Source: Macrostomum lignano
Lineage: Eukaryota
Direction of reading: 5' to 3'
Length of the DNA stretch: 64,000 nt
Assembly (NCBI GenBank): GCA_002269645.1
Contig: NIVC01003885.1
Coordinates: 1 to 64,000 of the forward strand
Of this stretch, positions 11,507-24,400 are shown one piece after another (within the stretch, counting starts at the first letter, position 1; each line of letters opens with the position of its first letter). Under the pieces are notes generated by a model. That model was not told where the DNA came from. It worked only from the letters and a program-made list of their open reading frames with translations, and searched no databases. The translations under genes were made by a program, and so were the position numbers.

Positions 11507-14500
11507 CTAAAGATTTGATCAATCGGTTGTTTTTCATTAATTAAATAGATTGTAGAACTTTCTGTTTTCTTATATTCAGTTTTCTTCGTTTCTTGCTTAA
11601 AAAATGGTGAGCTTCAGGTGCCCTAAAAATTGTCCCTCGATATTGGGAAAATCAGGTAAATTTAACTAAAGTGTAACCGAAATCTAGGTTAGTGTAGCTT
11701 CCCCGTACAACAATATGTCGTTGGCGACCTCTAGCCGACGTTCTCGACGTCTCTCGACGTCCATGACAAATATGTGCTTTTACATTTACATTATCTGAAC
11801 GTCGATGTAAAAGTAAATGTTTGTCATAGATGTCGATAGGCGTCGGCAATGTTGGCCCACTGGCCGACGTCGGATTACTGTAAGGGGTCTGAGTCTTGAA
11901 CTGTCCGACCAAAGGCTGATAATGAGCAAAATTGCTGTAAACATACAGACAAAAAGTCCTATTTTTGTTTAATTTAATTTGGAAAATATAAATTTTTTTA
12001 TCCATTAGTATCACACGTAAGTTAGTGAAGGAATAAACAAGTTAGAGATCGTGACGCAAAAAGCAGAAATGACTGTATGAATTTTGAATCAAAACGTTTC
12101 ACAATTACATAAAACATCACATAACAACACTTCAATGTACTGAATTAAGTGAATCAAAGCCTTTCAATTCTGTAATAATTCACTTAATAATTATTTATTG
12201 GAAGATTCGTTAGCTCAGTCAAAAAATAAATTAGGTATATTATTACACGATTACATAGAGTTTCTCAATCACTCAATTCGTTTATAAAAGCTCACTTAAA
12301 TAAAGCGCGCGTAAAAATCGCTCTTTTCGTCGTTTACATATGATGGTTGCCAAAAGTAGTGAAATTTTCCTACTTCTGTTTAATTCTTATCGTAAGCGTT
12401 CTACCGTTGCATCCTTAGATGCATTCACAGCGACTACTGCCGTAGAACGCTGCACTCGATTTTCTTAGAAATGACCCGAACAGCAATGCGACATTGTCGA
12501 CTTCGGCAGACGTTCCCGATGTCTTTGAAATATCTACTTTTTATTTCATCGATGGATAACAAAGTCATGAGTATGGAACGTCGGCCGACGTCGGATTGCT
12601 GCTGGGGTGAGCTGGAGAGCGGTAGGTAGTCGTACATTATGTGTGTCGTATTGCTAGTGTATTTTAGGATGCTTAGAATTTCTTTTTCGCCAAAGAAAAT
12701 CTCATTCCTGAAAGCATGCTATTCTAGAAATGCACCAGCGAAACAACAAATGCACATTCGTTACCGGCCTTCGACACATATCTTACAAAATCGAGTGGTA
12801 GAGTCCTTCGACTTCTGAGATTTTAATGAACTGCAGTTTTCGATCGGCCATATCCAGATTATAGGAAGTTCATCATGATTCGAACTTTTTCCAAAAATCC
12901 TATTTATGGCGAAATTTTGAATCTTCTATGCAGCCGATCGATTCGACATGATTTTCCGATTTTTCGACATGCATCGCTCGACATGTATAAGTTAAAATGG
13001 TTACTTAAGAAATCGACAACAATTTATCACACTTCAAATTTGTTACAGCTAAAGCCTAATAAAAATCGTTTAAAGTCAGATCGATTTAAAAGAAGAATTC
13101 GCGTCTTCTTTCTGTGAGAAAGGAAATGCGCGCTCTATTTATTAGCTTCATGCTAAAAAAGTTTTTCGAGTGCCACAAACCTTCTCGGTCTCTTATCGTC
13201 GTCGTCCTGCATGTATTTTAAGACATTATTGGCACAAATATTACTAGTAGCTAGTTTTGGAGATCATTTTTTGATAGACAACATCGAGTTACGTATAAAA
13301 GCGCACACATTATATAACACCATTCGATTAAAAATGATGACTTACACTTCTAACAAATTAAAAAGAGTGTCTCTAAGAGTTATATAAACATTTGTCGAAT
13401 ATTCAAATCGGTACGAGACAACGAGCTTAAAAACTTAATCTACAATTCTCAGAACTAATGTTTTAGCTATACTGAAAGGACCAGCTCTGCAACAGTAGTC
13501 TCTATGCATAAAACAACAGCTTAGAAGCACATCATTAAATACAACACTACTCAAAACCATTACAATAATCAAATCTCCCATCACCAGATTTTTATCGCGT
13601 TAGCTTATGCAACAGGGTTTTCACTAAAAACAGATTAAGCAGCATTCTACTAGTAACTACTTTTCACGTACGGAATGTACTAAGAATATTTTGCCACATA
13701 AATTATGGAGCTCAGTGGATTATTGAAGTTTAGGCTGCGTTTTAGCGCGGACTTCAGTAGCAGCTTCAGCGCCTGCCTCTCGGGCAGCAAATTCCTAGGA
13801 ATAAAAATTAACAAACGAGCGAACAATTGCAACGAACATACTCAAATTGCTGCGGATTTTTGTTACACTATGTCAGAAGTTGCACCGATTTGAAAATATA
13901 ACGAAATGATAGCGAGAGCATTTAATAGAGCAAAGGGTGAACTGAAATAGATCTGATCTGGGGGTTTAAATGCTTGAAGGTCAAAGGATTTAAACAAAAG
14001 AAGGCCTTGCAATCGCTAGCGAACGCAAAGATTTTAAGGATGTTTATTCAAGTCTAAATAAAAATCAATAAAAGTATGAAAACTTATTCTACAATGTTTC
14101 GTCAAATTTTCGGTGGAAGCCAGATATAAATTGCTTACCTCATTCTATGGGATAATTAAATAAAAAGTTGCTGTTAAAACAAACTGATGGTAGAAAGTGT
14201 ACTTCGAAGAAAAATCGGATACATAAATCGTTAAGAACTGGCTTAAGGCTTTAGTTACTGGTAAAAGTTACAGCTGTATATAATAGGGATGACACTATTC
14301 ATATTCTAGTAAATCTTCTTGTTTTTAGTACTACTTAGTGCAAATATTACTTGCTGAATATTATTCAACTTTGATTTTAGGGTTTGTATACAATAATTAA
14401 CACGGAATATGCATAAATTACATTATTTTTCACCAAAACATATAATAATTTAGTATAATAAATGTGGAGGTTTTAACACTGCACACACTATGAGCTTCGG

Positions 14501-17500
14501 ATCTTTTCTAACTCAAAACTCTAAAATGTACTAATTTAACTTACTCTCCGTAACATACAGTACATCGATCTAATCACTTTTGTCTAGAGAACTTTGCAAA
14601 GTCTGTATTGCGTGCTTTCGAGATCACGACGTTTTCTGAAAAAAAGTCGTCGTTACAAGGTTGTCAGCAACCAAGTTTTGGAAAGATATGAGATGGAACC
14701 TTTGCATTTTATAGCTGCTTCAAGATCGGCTTGATCACCAAATGCACATTTAATTGTTCATTGTACATTTACATGTCGAACAAAGGTTGATGCACTGTGT
14801 TTCAGATCGACTCTATGCTCGTAGGACGAATCAAACTTATTATTGCTCGTACATGTGTAGTATATATTGAAACTATAGTAGTAGGAGTGCTTAATACAAA
14901 ATACGCATACAGAAATCGTAGTGCGAAAAGTTCAGAAATTTAATAATTTAGAGGTATATTCAATTACATGCAGGTACATGTAGAAGGTTTTGAAGTAAAT
15001 TCATCGGTCACATGGAAAAATATCTACAGAAACTGCAAAATTACCAAGCACAATTTATCCAAAAACTCTACATGTATCACTGAAAGCACGTTATGAAAAA
15101 AGTACAATCGAAAAAATCGATTTCTGTTTCACCTTTTCAGCACTCTGAAAAATATAGGATGAAATCGAACGATGGTTTTTTATCCCAATAAAAACTAGTT
15201 TGATTTTGTGATTTCAACAAGTTTAAACGCGCAATGAAGTAACAAAGACTTAATTTGTTTGAATTGACTCGTTTCCAAAAAAATCACTTATTTTAGCGGC
15301 TAATTATAACATAATAATTACGTAAGCAATAAAATTTATCTCAAATTAACGTCAAAAGGTGTCACTCACCTTCCACTTGATTCCGTCCATGAGGCTCATC
15401 GTTAGAGAAGAGATCGGGCCTCCGCTGTGCGCAGGCAGCTCAGGCAGCTTAAAGTTCACATTCGGCTTGTCCGATTTCTCAAATTTCTGCAGCCGCTCTT
15501 CGAGCATTCGCTTCTGTTGCGACACTGGAAAAGTATCGGAGATCGAAGTTTGCGTTTACAATTTCTTATAGTTATTGATTCACATGTATCAATAGTTTGT
15601 GTCGTATTAAAATAGCTGCAACGTGCAATAAAGTGCACATTTACACTGTCGTGATGCCAGTAATTATTGGTTCATTTTTCCGTGCGACATTCGGACGTTC
15701 GCCAACGTATCCGACATACCCGGCATCGATGGAAGATGTCGCTGGCAAATTGGTTATCTTTAGATTACGGATAACGACGTCTTCATCGGTGTATAATACC
15801 CATTTGCTAGCGACATCAATTAGACGTCGAGAACATCGGCCAACGTCAACGAATTTCGTGAGGAATTGCATGCTATTAAGCAATAATCAATCACTGTAGT
15901 AAATCAATTAATATAGAATGTGAGAAATTTCGAGCCGGATTTTTTTACGCTTAAACACGTAATCATAAGAAATTGATGCAATTGCAGGCATGGTATCAAC
16001 CAGTTAAAAAATTGGTGAACAGATTGTTTCGATTTAAAAATCTCATAACTGATCGATTCCAGGTGAAAATAATATATGTACTATATAGTCTGCTTCAAGT
16101 GAATATAAATTGCCGGAGAAAATATCTTACAGCAGATACTCCACAGACTCTTAAATGGAACTGAAATGATTTGAGGTCAACGAGGCATTGATTCTTTTTT
16201 TCCAAGAAATATTTCTCTATTTTTTTTAAATTTGAAATTTAATTTACACAAATATTCATCTGGAAAACTCAATGTGACAAAATCTGTTCTTTATGCCTAC
16301 CTGCTTCATATGGATCAGTGACCAAAGAGGAGTGACCGTACGAGGGTTTTCACGGGTCCCAAAAGGGATCATCAGGTATCAGAAGGTGATATCAGTAGTT
16401 AATAAGGTGTTAGGGCCTACAATTGGGTTTTATTGGTCAGAAAAGAAGTATTTGTTTGAGCCCGAAGGTTAGCTCGCATAGGTCCGTCATTCATCGATCG
16501 GCATAATGTAAATATACGCATCGAAATCTTGTACGTGTGTCGAATGTCGAAATGCTGCAGGTGAGGGCCCCCATTAGGGTTCCTATATTCAGAAAGGGAT
16601 GCCAAAAGACCGGAAAACAAGTGACAGTAAAACGACTCCGGACAGATGCACGCGCCCAATGACTCACCAGGTCTGTACTCCTTGCCAGTAGGGGTCCACT
16701 GTTTCATAAATCCGGCCCAGTAGGGCAGCATTTCCTTGAACACGGCGAATTGAGCCTCGTCAAAGATTGTCGGACTAATCTCCTCTTTGAATTTTGGGCT
16801 GTAGAATTTCTGCGCATTGCGCAGGGTCCGCTGATGAACATCGTTGCTGACTGTGATCTGCATTGCGGCGAATGCGGTTGGATTGATGTCGGGAAATTGA
16901 GGTGTAAAAAACAGTTTTATAGTACTGATATACTGGTACACTTTACACTTTACTGGTACACTTCACTTTACTGATACTGGTATACTTCTAAAAACCCTTG
17001 ACAGCATACATGTTTATTGTTGTTGTTTTTGTTCTTGTTGCTCTTGTTGTTGCTGTTGTTAATGTTGTTTTTTTGTGGATAAATAAGAATAATATTTGAT
17101 TACAACTGCCCTGATTGGGCCAGATGTGCAACCGACAGCTCAGCAGCAGCTACCAAGGACTGGGGGGTCGCCACACACACCCTCAATTACCCCAGCTAAT
17201 ATGCTGGCACCCATTTTACAGCCGGGTGAACTGAAGCAATGCAGAGTTAAGTGTCTTGCTCAAGGACACAAATTGTTCCAGTGGGATCGGGAATCGAACC
17301 CCCCACCTTCAAGTCGTGAGTCCGACGCTCTAACCGCTAGGCTACAACCCCTACTTGTGGTGGATAAAACATGGCGGATAAAACTGCGAAGTGAATCGAC
17401 GATATTTGACACGTTAACTCGACAAACTTATAAGTCAACCTTAAACAAAAGTGCCTTCTGTCACCACAAAAGTTCAACAATGCCTCACCTGCAGTGGTGG

Positions 17501-20500
17501 AGGAAACACGGACTCCAGGAAGATGCTGCTGATGACGTGAATTTTGCGCTTAAGAAACTCTTCGTCGCAGCCGCCCAGGGCAAACTCCTGTGTAGAGCGG
17601 TTTGTAATAAATTTTCAAACTGATTCAAACTGATTTTACAGACTCACCCTGTGTGAGCGCGTGCCCGCGTACGTACGTACTCCATGTGAGTACCCAGTGG
17701 TCAAAAGAATTAGCATTACGTCAGGGATTACCCTAGAGTCTACCTGCAAACTGACTAATTAACAAATGCTTAACAGCTTTCTTACCTTGTACTTTTGCGC
17801 TTCTACGTAGAAGAAGAGGTTCTTGTCCAGGTGCGGCACCTTGTCTTGCACGGCATACTGCATCAGGTACCGATAAAAGTACAGCATTTGCAGCGACAAT
17901 GGACCGCTGAGATTTTTCTCCAGAGCGACCAGAAATTCCACCTTGTCCTCCTTTGTTGGCGGGGCTTTTCCTGTTGCCTAGCAACGTTGTTTAAATGAGT
18001 ACGAGTTGTTCGTTATAATGTTTACGATGTTTTCGAGAGAAAGAAAACTTCTAGGAAAAGTTGTTTCCTACAGCAGAGTGCATTTCGTTTTTAACAATTG
18101 ACAGAAAGTACAACTTTCACGTCGAATGATTTGCTTGTTTAAACAAAATATTTTGTGCAAAGTCTCAAGCAGTTTTAGACAAACAAGGGTATAATAGATT
18201 GAAATGCTTAGTGAGACAGTATATAATGATAAGTGAATAAATAAAATAGTACTTTCTCACAGAGAAGTTCTCACTCAGAGAAAACAAGGAATCAAGATCA
18301 GAGTTCGTTTGTTATGCAATTTATACCTTTGTGTACTTTTTCGAAGCTTTCACTCCTTTAGCCGTAGTGTCTCGCTGTGATTAAAAAAATATGAAAATGA
18401 AATGGTTGAATTACTAACTGTATTCTATTTAGCACCGTAAAGTGATTTTAAATTGCACGCAGATAGAGATTTAAAAAACTGCTGTAAATTCAAAATCGGT
18501 GTCGAAAAAATTAATTTTTTTATGTCTACTAACAGTAGGCTATGACGTGATTCAGAGTAAGCGAGAGTGAATCTGTGTGAATAAAACTTTTGATGAAACA
18601 AGCTATCTAAACGCAGACTTATGAAATTTTAAAATAGAAATTCTTGAGTGCTTGGAAAAAACCTACTTATAGATCGATAGTTCAATAATGATGATTCATT
18701 TTCTAATTTTAAATCATGCAGTTCAAACGCGCACACAAGAAAAGAACAGAATGAAACTTTTTTGGGTAAAAATGGCAAACTCGCGGTTTGATTGCGCTAC
18801 AAAGGTGCATGGCCGCCACACCTTTGAGTAGGCAAGTATTGAACTTGCGTTTGAAGCATCCAGCATGTTGCTGCTACTGTTGCTGGCGTTGTTAGTCTCC
18901 TGAATTAGAAATATCGATTGCAACAAAGTTTGGAACAATTGGAGATGTAATCATAATCTGCATTGGACTCTTTCAGAATGTACAACACAAAATAAGCAAG
19001 TTCTACTTAACTTAATTTGCCTAATAGTCAGTTCCGAAAATGAAATAAATTACACGACATTAAGCTAAAATACTGTCTGGAGAGTCGAACTACTCTACTG
19101 AGAACAGTAGTGCAACGCAGAGTATATCCTTATTAATGTCTTCGTTATGTTACTTTTTTCTGACGAACTCGCGATAAACGTTTTCGATGTTTCCTTTTCG
19201 ATGCCGCTGCATCGCTGATGGCGGCAATGCCGCGACCCATACGAACGGTGCTCTTGGGATCGGGATTTGTGATTGAACGAAAATTTTACGGTGCATTGTA
19301 CAAGACAAAGTGCTGTAGGGTTCAGTGGGCTTGGGTGTGCAGTAGTGCAAATAAGAATGGAAGGACGAGTAAATAAAGCTTTTGGATATAGAGGGCTCAC
19401 TTTGGTAGTAATCTGTACGAGTCTTCGTATTCCATAGAACCAAAAGTAACGAGGGATATTATATGTAGCCTACATAAGCTTAATATAGGTTTCAAAAGTA
19501 TCAATAGTATTCTTAAAAGCAATAGGTGGGTTTGGACGTGAGGGAAGCGCTAGCCAATCAGTGAAGGACAGGGCTAGTAGGCTGGGAAAGAGGGGTTTGG
19601 GGTTGAAGGACTCGCTAGCCAATCAGCGAAGGACAGGGCTAGTGGGCTGGGAAAGAGGGTTTGGGGTTGAGGGACTCTCTAGCCAGGGGGTTTGAGGTTG
19701 GGGTTGAGGGGTTGGGGTTGAGGGGTTGGGGTTGAGGGGTTGGGGTTGAGGGGTTGGGGTTGAGGGGTTGGGGTTGAGGGGTTGGGGTTGAGGGGTTGGG
19801 GTTGAGGGTTGGGGTTGAAGGGTTGGGGTTGAGGGGTTGGGGTTGAGGGGTTGGGGTTGAGGGGTTGGGGTTGAGGGGTTGGGGTTGAGGGGTTGGGGTT
19901 GAGGGGTTGGGGTTGAGGGGTTGGGGTTGAGGGGTTGGGGTTGAGGGGTTGGGGTTGAGGGGTTGGGGTTGAGGGTTGGGGTTGAGGGGTTGGGGTTGAG
20001 GGGTTGGGGTTGAAGGGTTTGGGGATGAGGGACTCGCTAGCTAATCAGCTAATAATAAGGCAAGCTGCTTTTTCGCAACATTTTCGTCGTGGATGTAGTT
20101 TTTTTAATCTAATACTGCTTCAAACAACCAACTACCAAAGTGGCCCTCGTTATCGGAAGAGATTTTGACCGTAAAATATTTACTGACGAAGAGATTGCAG
20201 TGTAATTACGATAAGGAAAGATTTGTGCTGTTGATATTTGATCTTACACCATGTACCAATAATTAAATTCAAGCTATTTCAGTTTTTGCTAATTGTTATC
20301 TTGCTCGGAAATACTGGCATTTATTTGTGCAAGTTGTAACAGGTCAACAAAGTGAAGAATTTCTGAAGACTAATAAAGGCTACTTGTCGGTCAAATACCT
20401 GGACGAAATCGCGCAGCAAGTTGGATATCGGGTGCTTAATGTACTTTGACAAATCGGTCAAGTCATAAGCCCGACGCCTGACACCGCCTCCCCGCCTCCG

Positions 20501-20920
20501 CGGGGCAGAACGGCGGCGAGATCAAAGGCCGCAATAAAATCATCATCGTTTGAGTTTTTGTCGCGTCGGCCCCTGCGGCGGGAGGCACGACTGGCGCCTT
20601 GGGAGTCAGACTGGGTCAGAGCGGCGATGCAATTAGGGTGAGGTACGAGTTTTATTACACTTAATAAGCTAATCAATTATTAAGATTTTTCTGCTAATCG
20701 CTAATCTCAGGGCAAATAAAACTTGGATAATTGCGTAGCCAAAGCGTAAATAAAAATGTTTTCAAAATTTTGGTTATAATGCTTTAATATTCTATTGCAA
20801 TTAGTAGCAAGCAAAGCGGCAAGCAGATATGTAAATTACTACGCTTAAATACATGCAAGGTTTGAACTAGTGGATAGTTTTATATTAGCCCTCAGTTTAT
20901 AATCTTTGTGTCTGTCTTAG

Positions 20921-20979
<59 letters not shown>

Positions 20980-20984
20980 GTCTA

Positions 20985-21077
<93 letters not shown>

Positions 21078-21128
21078 GTCTATCTGTCTGTCTGTCTGTC
21101 TGTGTCTATCTGTCTGTCTGTCTGTCTG

Positions 21129-21159
<31 letters not shown>

Positions 21160-21176
21160 GTCTGTCTGTCTGTCTG

Positions 21177-21209
<33 letters not shown>

Positions 21210-21218
21210 GTCTGTCTG

Positions 21219-21255
<37 letters not shown>

Positions 21256-21328
21256 TAGTGTCTGTCTGTGTCTGTCTGTCTGTCTTAGTGTCTGTCTGTG
21301 TCTGTCTGTCTGTCTTAGTGTCTCTCTG

Positions 21329-21375
<47 letters not shown>

Positions 21376-21396
21376 GTCTATCTGTCTGTCTGTCTG

Positions 21397-21453
<57 letters not shown>

Positions 21454-24400
21454 TAGTGTCCGTCTGTGTCTGTCTGTCTGTCTTAGTGCCTGTCTGTCTG
21501 CCTGTCTGTGCGATATTACGAGCTACAAGTAAATATTCCTGGTTATGTTGTGTTATTGCTGAATTAGTATAGCTCCTAAATTATATTAGTTACATCCATG
21601 AACAATGATTCAAGCTATCTCAGCAATAAACCAATCAAAACCACGTGTGGCAGTAATAAAAGCATTAGACTGCACTATCAGTAGACAAGCCAGAACTGAA
21701 CCGTCACTTTTCCGCACCTTTTTCCCTCGCCTGCCGCCGGCTCCAACGTCGAGATCCGCTCGCATTCGCAGCTCCTTCTCGGACATGTTCTTCAGCGCCG
21801 ACATGTCGATGCCCATTTCCTCGGATTGGTACTGGAAAGTTGAACAATTTGTTTTGAAACTGTAGTGACAAATGAATTCATGGCTGAGGGTTCACCATCA
21901 GAGGAAAGTGTTCCTGCTGCCATAGGAATTTTCGACATCAATAGACATCATATTCGAGCAAAGCACATTGTTCAGTTTGAAAATTAAGTCAGAAATGGCA
22001 CGATCGATGATTTGAAAGTCGGCAGAGCACGCAATGAATTGGAAAATTTCAAGCGATAGAAGCAAACAAGACAGCAACAATCATTTCGGTCGAGCGTTGC
22101 AGTTTACGTAAAAAATAACGTTCTACGAGGTCATTCCTTCAGGTACTTACTCCTTTCTTAGAAGCAACCTGGAAATGTGTCAGATAGTTGCGTAGCGGAG
22201 TGTACGGGTTGCGAAAAATGTGAGCGGACCAATGGTACTTTTGTTTGTCTTATTAATTTTGCGTATGCTAAGTGCATCATAGGTGCGCGAGTCTGTGTAG
22301 CACACCCAGAGTCTCACTCACCTGCCAGAAGTTGGAAAACAGCAAGTTGAGCTTGCTATGCAGGTGACTCGACAGATCCTTTAAGGTTGGCGTCTTCGGC
22401 CTGTCCTTGTCCACCGTGAGACGCTGCTGCAGCCTCTCACTGGTCACCTCAACGCGACGCTTGCAGCCTTTCTCCAGGTAGGTCTTGTACAGGTAGAGGG
22501 CGTTGCCGTCGCGCTTCTTCTTTGCCTTGTCGCTAACGCCCGGCGGAAGTTCGAGAAACTCCAATGTCTCTTGGTAGAGGCTGAGCGCATTGACACTGTC
22601 CTTGCCCTCTTTGTCGGAGGCGTACTTCTTGAATAGGGCCATTACTCTGGGAATTTTGGTTAAGATGCGGCGTTTCAAATAGACTCGAATTTCTACCTCG
22701 TCAAAAAGCCATAATTATTCACATGTTACCATGAATGGAAGAGATTACTTATTGAAGAGTAACATCGAAAGGATGCCAATAATCAATAGGGAGTTGCTGA
22801 GATGCCAAGGCTTATAGGGTGAGTTGCTGAGATGCCAAGGCTTATAAGGTGAGTTGTTGAGATGCCAAGGCTTATAGGGCAATATCTTAGGCTAAATAGC
22901 TATCTTTCAAGGTTGATGCAATTTTGCTTCGAACATGGAGAAACAAATTTGGTTAGGACAATTTGACAATGAATAGAAAATCTGAAACGGGGTTCTGGAT
23001 GGGTTTGCGATTTCGAATAGTATTGTACACACAATAATCAACAATACAAAATTGGGATTCAAGTTTTATCCAAACTAAAAGTACACTAGCTCGCGTCTTA
23101 CTAGATAGTATTTCCTTAAGCAGACAATCAAGAGTGACTAATTCCAAATTTTCAAACTCACGCTCGATTCTTCGTCATCTCCTTGAGCTCTGGTGCTTTT
23201 TCGACTTCCTCTTCCTCTTCGACTTTCTTTGCGCTGGCGCGTCCCTCGTAGTCCTGTAGTGATGAATTTTTCGTTTAAACGGTTTGCTGTAGGAACTTCA
23301 ATAAATAAGTTCCTTAGAAAGTAAGCAGCTGCTGCCGAACATGATCCACTATTGCGGCTGTGCAAGCCGGGTCATATATGATTATAACTAAGTATATTAT
23401 CAACTAGCAACATTCCGGGTGAGAATTGGTGCACACTGAAACAAACGTTAAGCAAAAACCAAGTAAGGTAGATGAGCGCTAGTGAGTCAAATATTAGCCT
23501 TTAGTGAACACATTTTACCGATATTTAAAAAAAGTTTTGAAAAACAATCAATCAGAAAGGTGAGATGTATTATAAAACTCACAAGCTACATTATGCTTGT
23601 TTAGTGTCTAAGCCATTTACTAACTGCTTGATTTCTTTTTTTTAAATTTGAATGCATCTCTGTCTAAACGATCAAAACGTGATCCGTCATCCTTTTGAGT
23701 TCGCATGCACTTTGACGACTTGCGAAGCTGAAAGTCGATAGCTCTTTAAATGCACGTACCGCGTGCGTGTCCAACACCAAGAGGCAATTAAGTCTAGCCA
23801 ATCTACTGTACCAAAGTAAAAGAAGAGGAAATGCGTGACCCGTGCTGTTTCTTTTGACGGATTAAAAGCAACTTTCGCTGAAGGGCATTGTTTTTACTGA
23901 ACAAGACGCTTTGTCGCCGTCCACGAAAACTTTGGAATCAATGGCTGCCAGAGACCCATCAGTGAGCTTCTCGGTTGAAGTCATCGGAACATCTCGTCGG
24001 TGTTTACGGCGACGCTGCTTCTTTGAAGGCCTTTCAAATTTGACAGAACTACCAACGCTATCGTGCCCCTGGTGAGGTCGTTGCTCATCTTGGAAGCTGC
24101 TGTCTTCTTTTATTCTTCGAGAAGCGAGTTCCGGTATTGAGTTTGACGGCTCATCCAGTGGTGACTCAATGACTGGCAGGAGTCGCTGCTGTTTCTTCAA
24201 GCGCTTTGATCGACGCTTTGAATACTGATGGAGCACTGTCGGGTGAAGCTGAGTTGGCGCCGTGGATCTTTCTGTCGAGTTGACGTCGGTCACTTCAGGC
24301 GGTTGGACAACAACTAGGGGTGGAAGCACAAGTCGGGGAGAAGAGGACATTGCAGTTGAAGATGTAGCGACCGTTTGAGACTCTGCGGACTCCTCTGTAA

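Noticed and set aside
17279-17352. Possible tRNA-Val(CAC) gene on the minus strand
   Set aside because: Acceptor and anticodon stems pair poorly, and the sequence continues into a CORE domain and tail, so it is a SINE head.
19150-19275. Possible extra RGS22-like exon ([12 protein letters not shown]...RVRQKK followed by GTAAC)
   Set aside because: No usable AG acceptor upstream in frame, and the flanking exons join without it.
19690-20030. True or interstitial telomere
   Set aside because: The unit is not TTAGGG, and the array is embedded in a minisatellite mid-intron.
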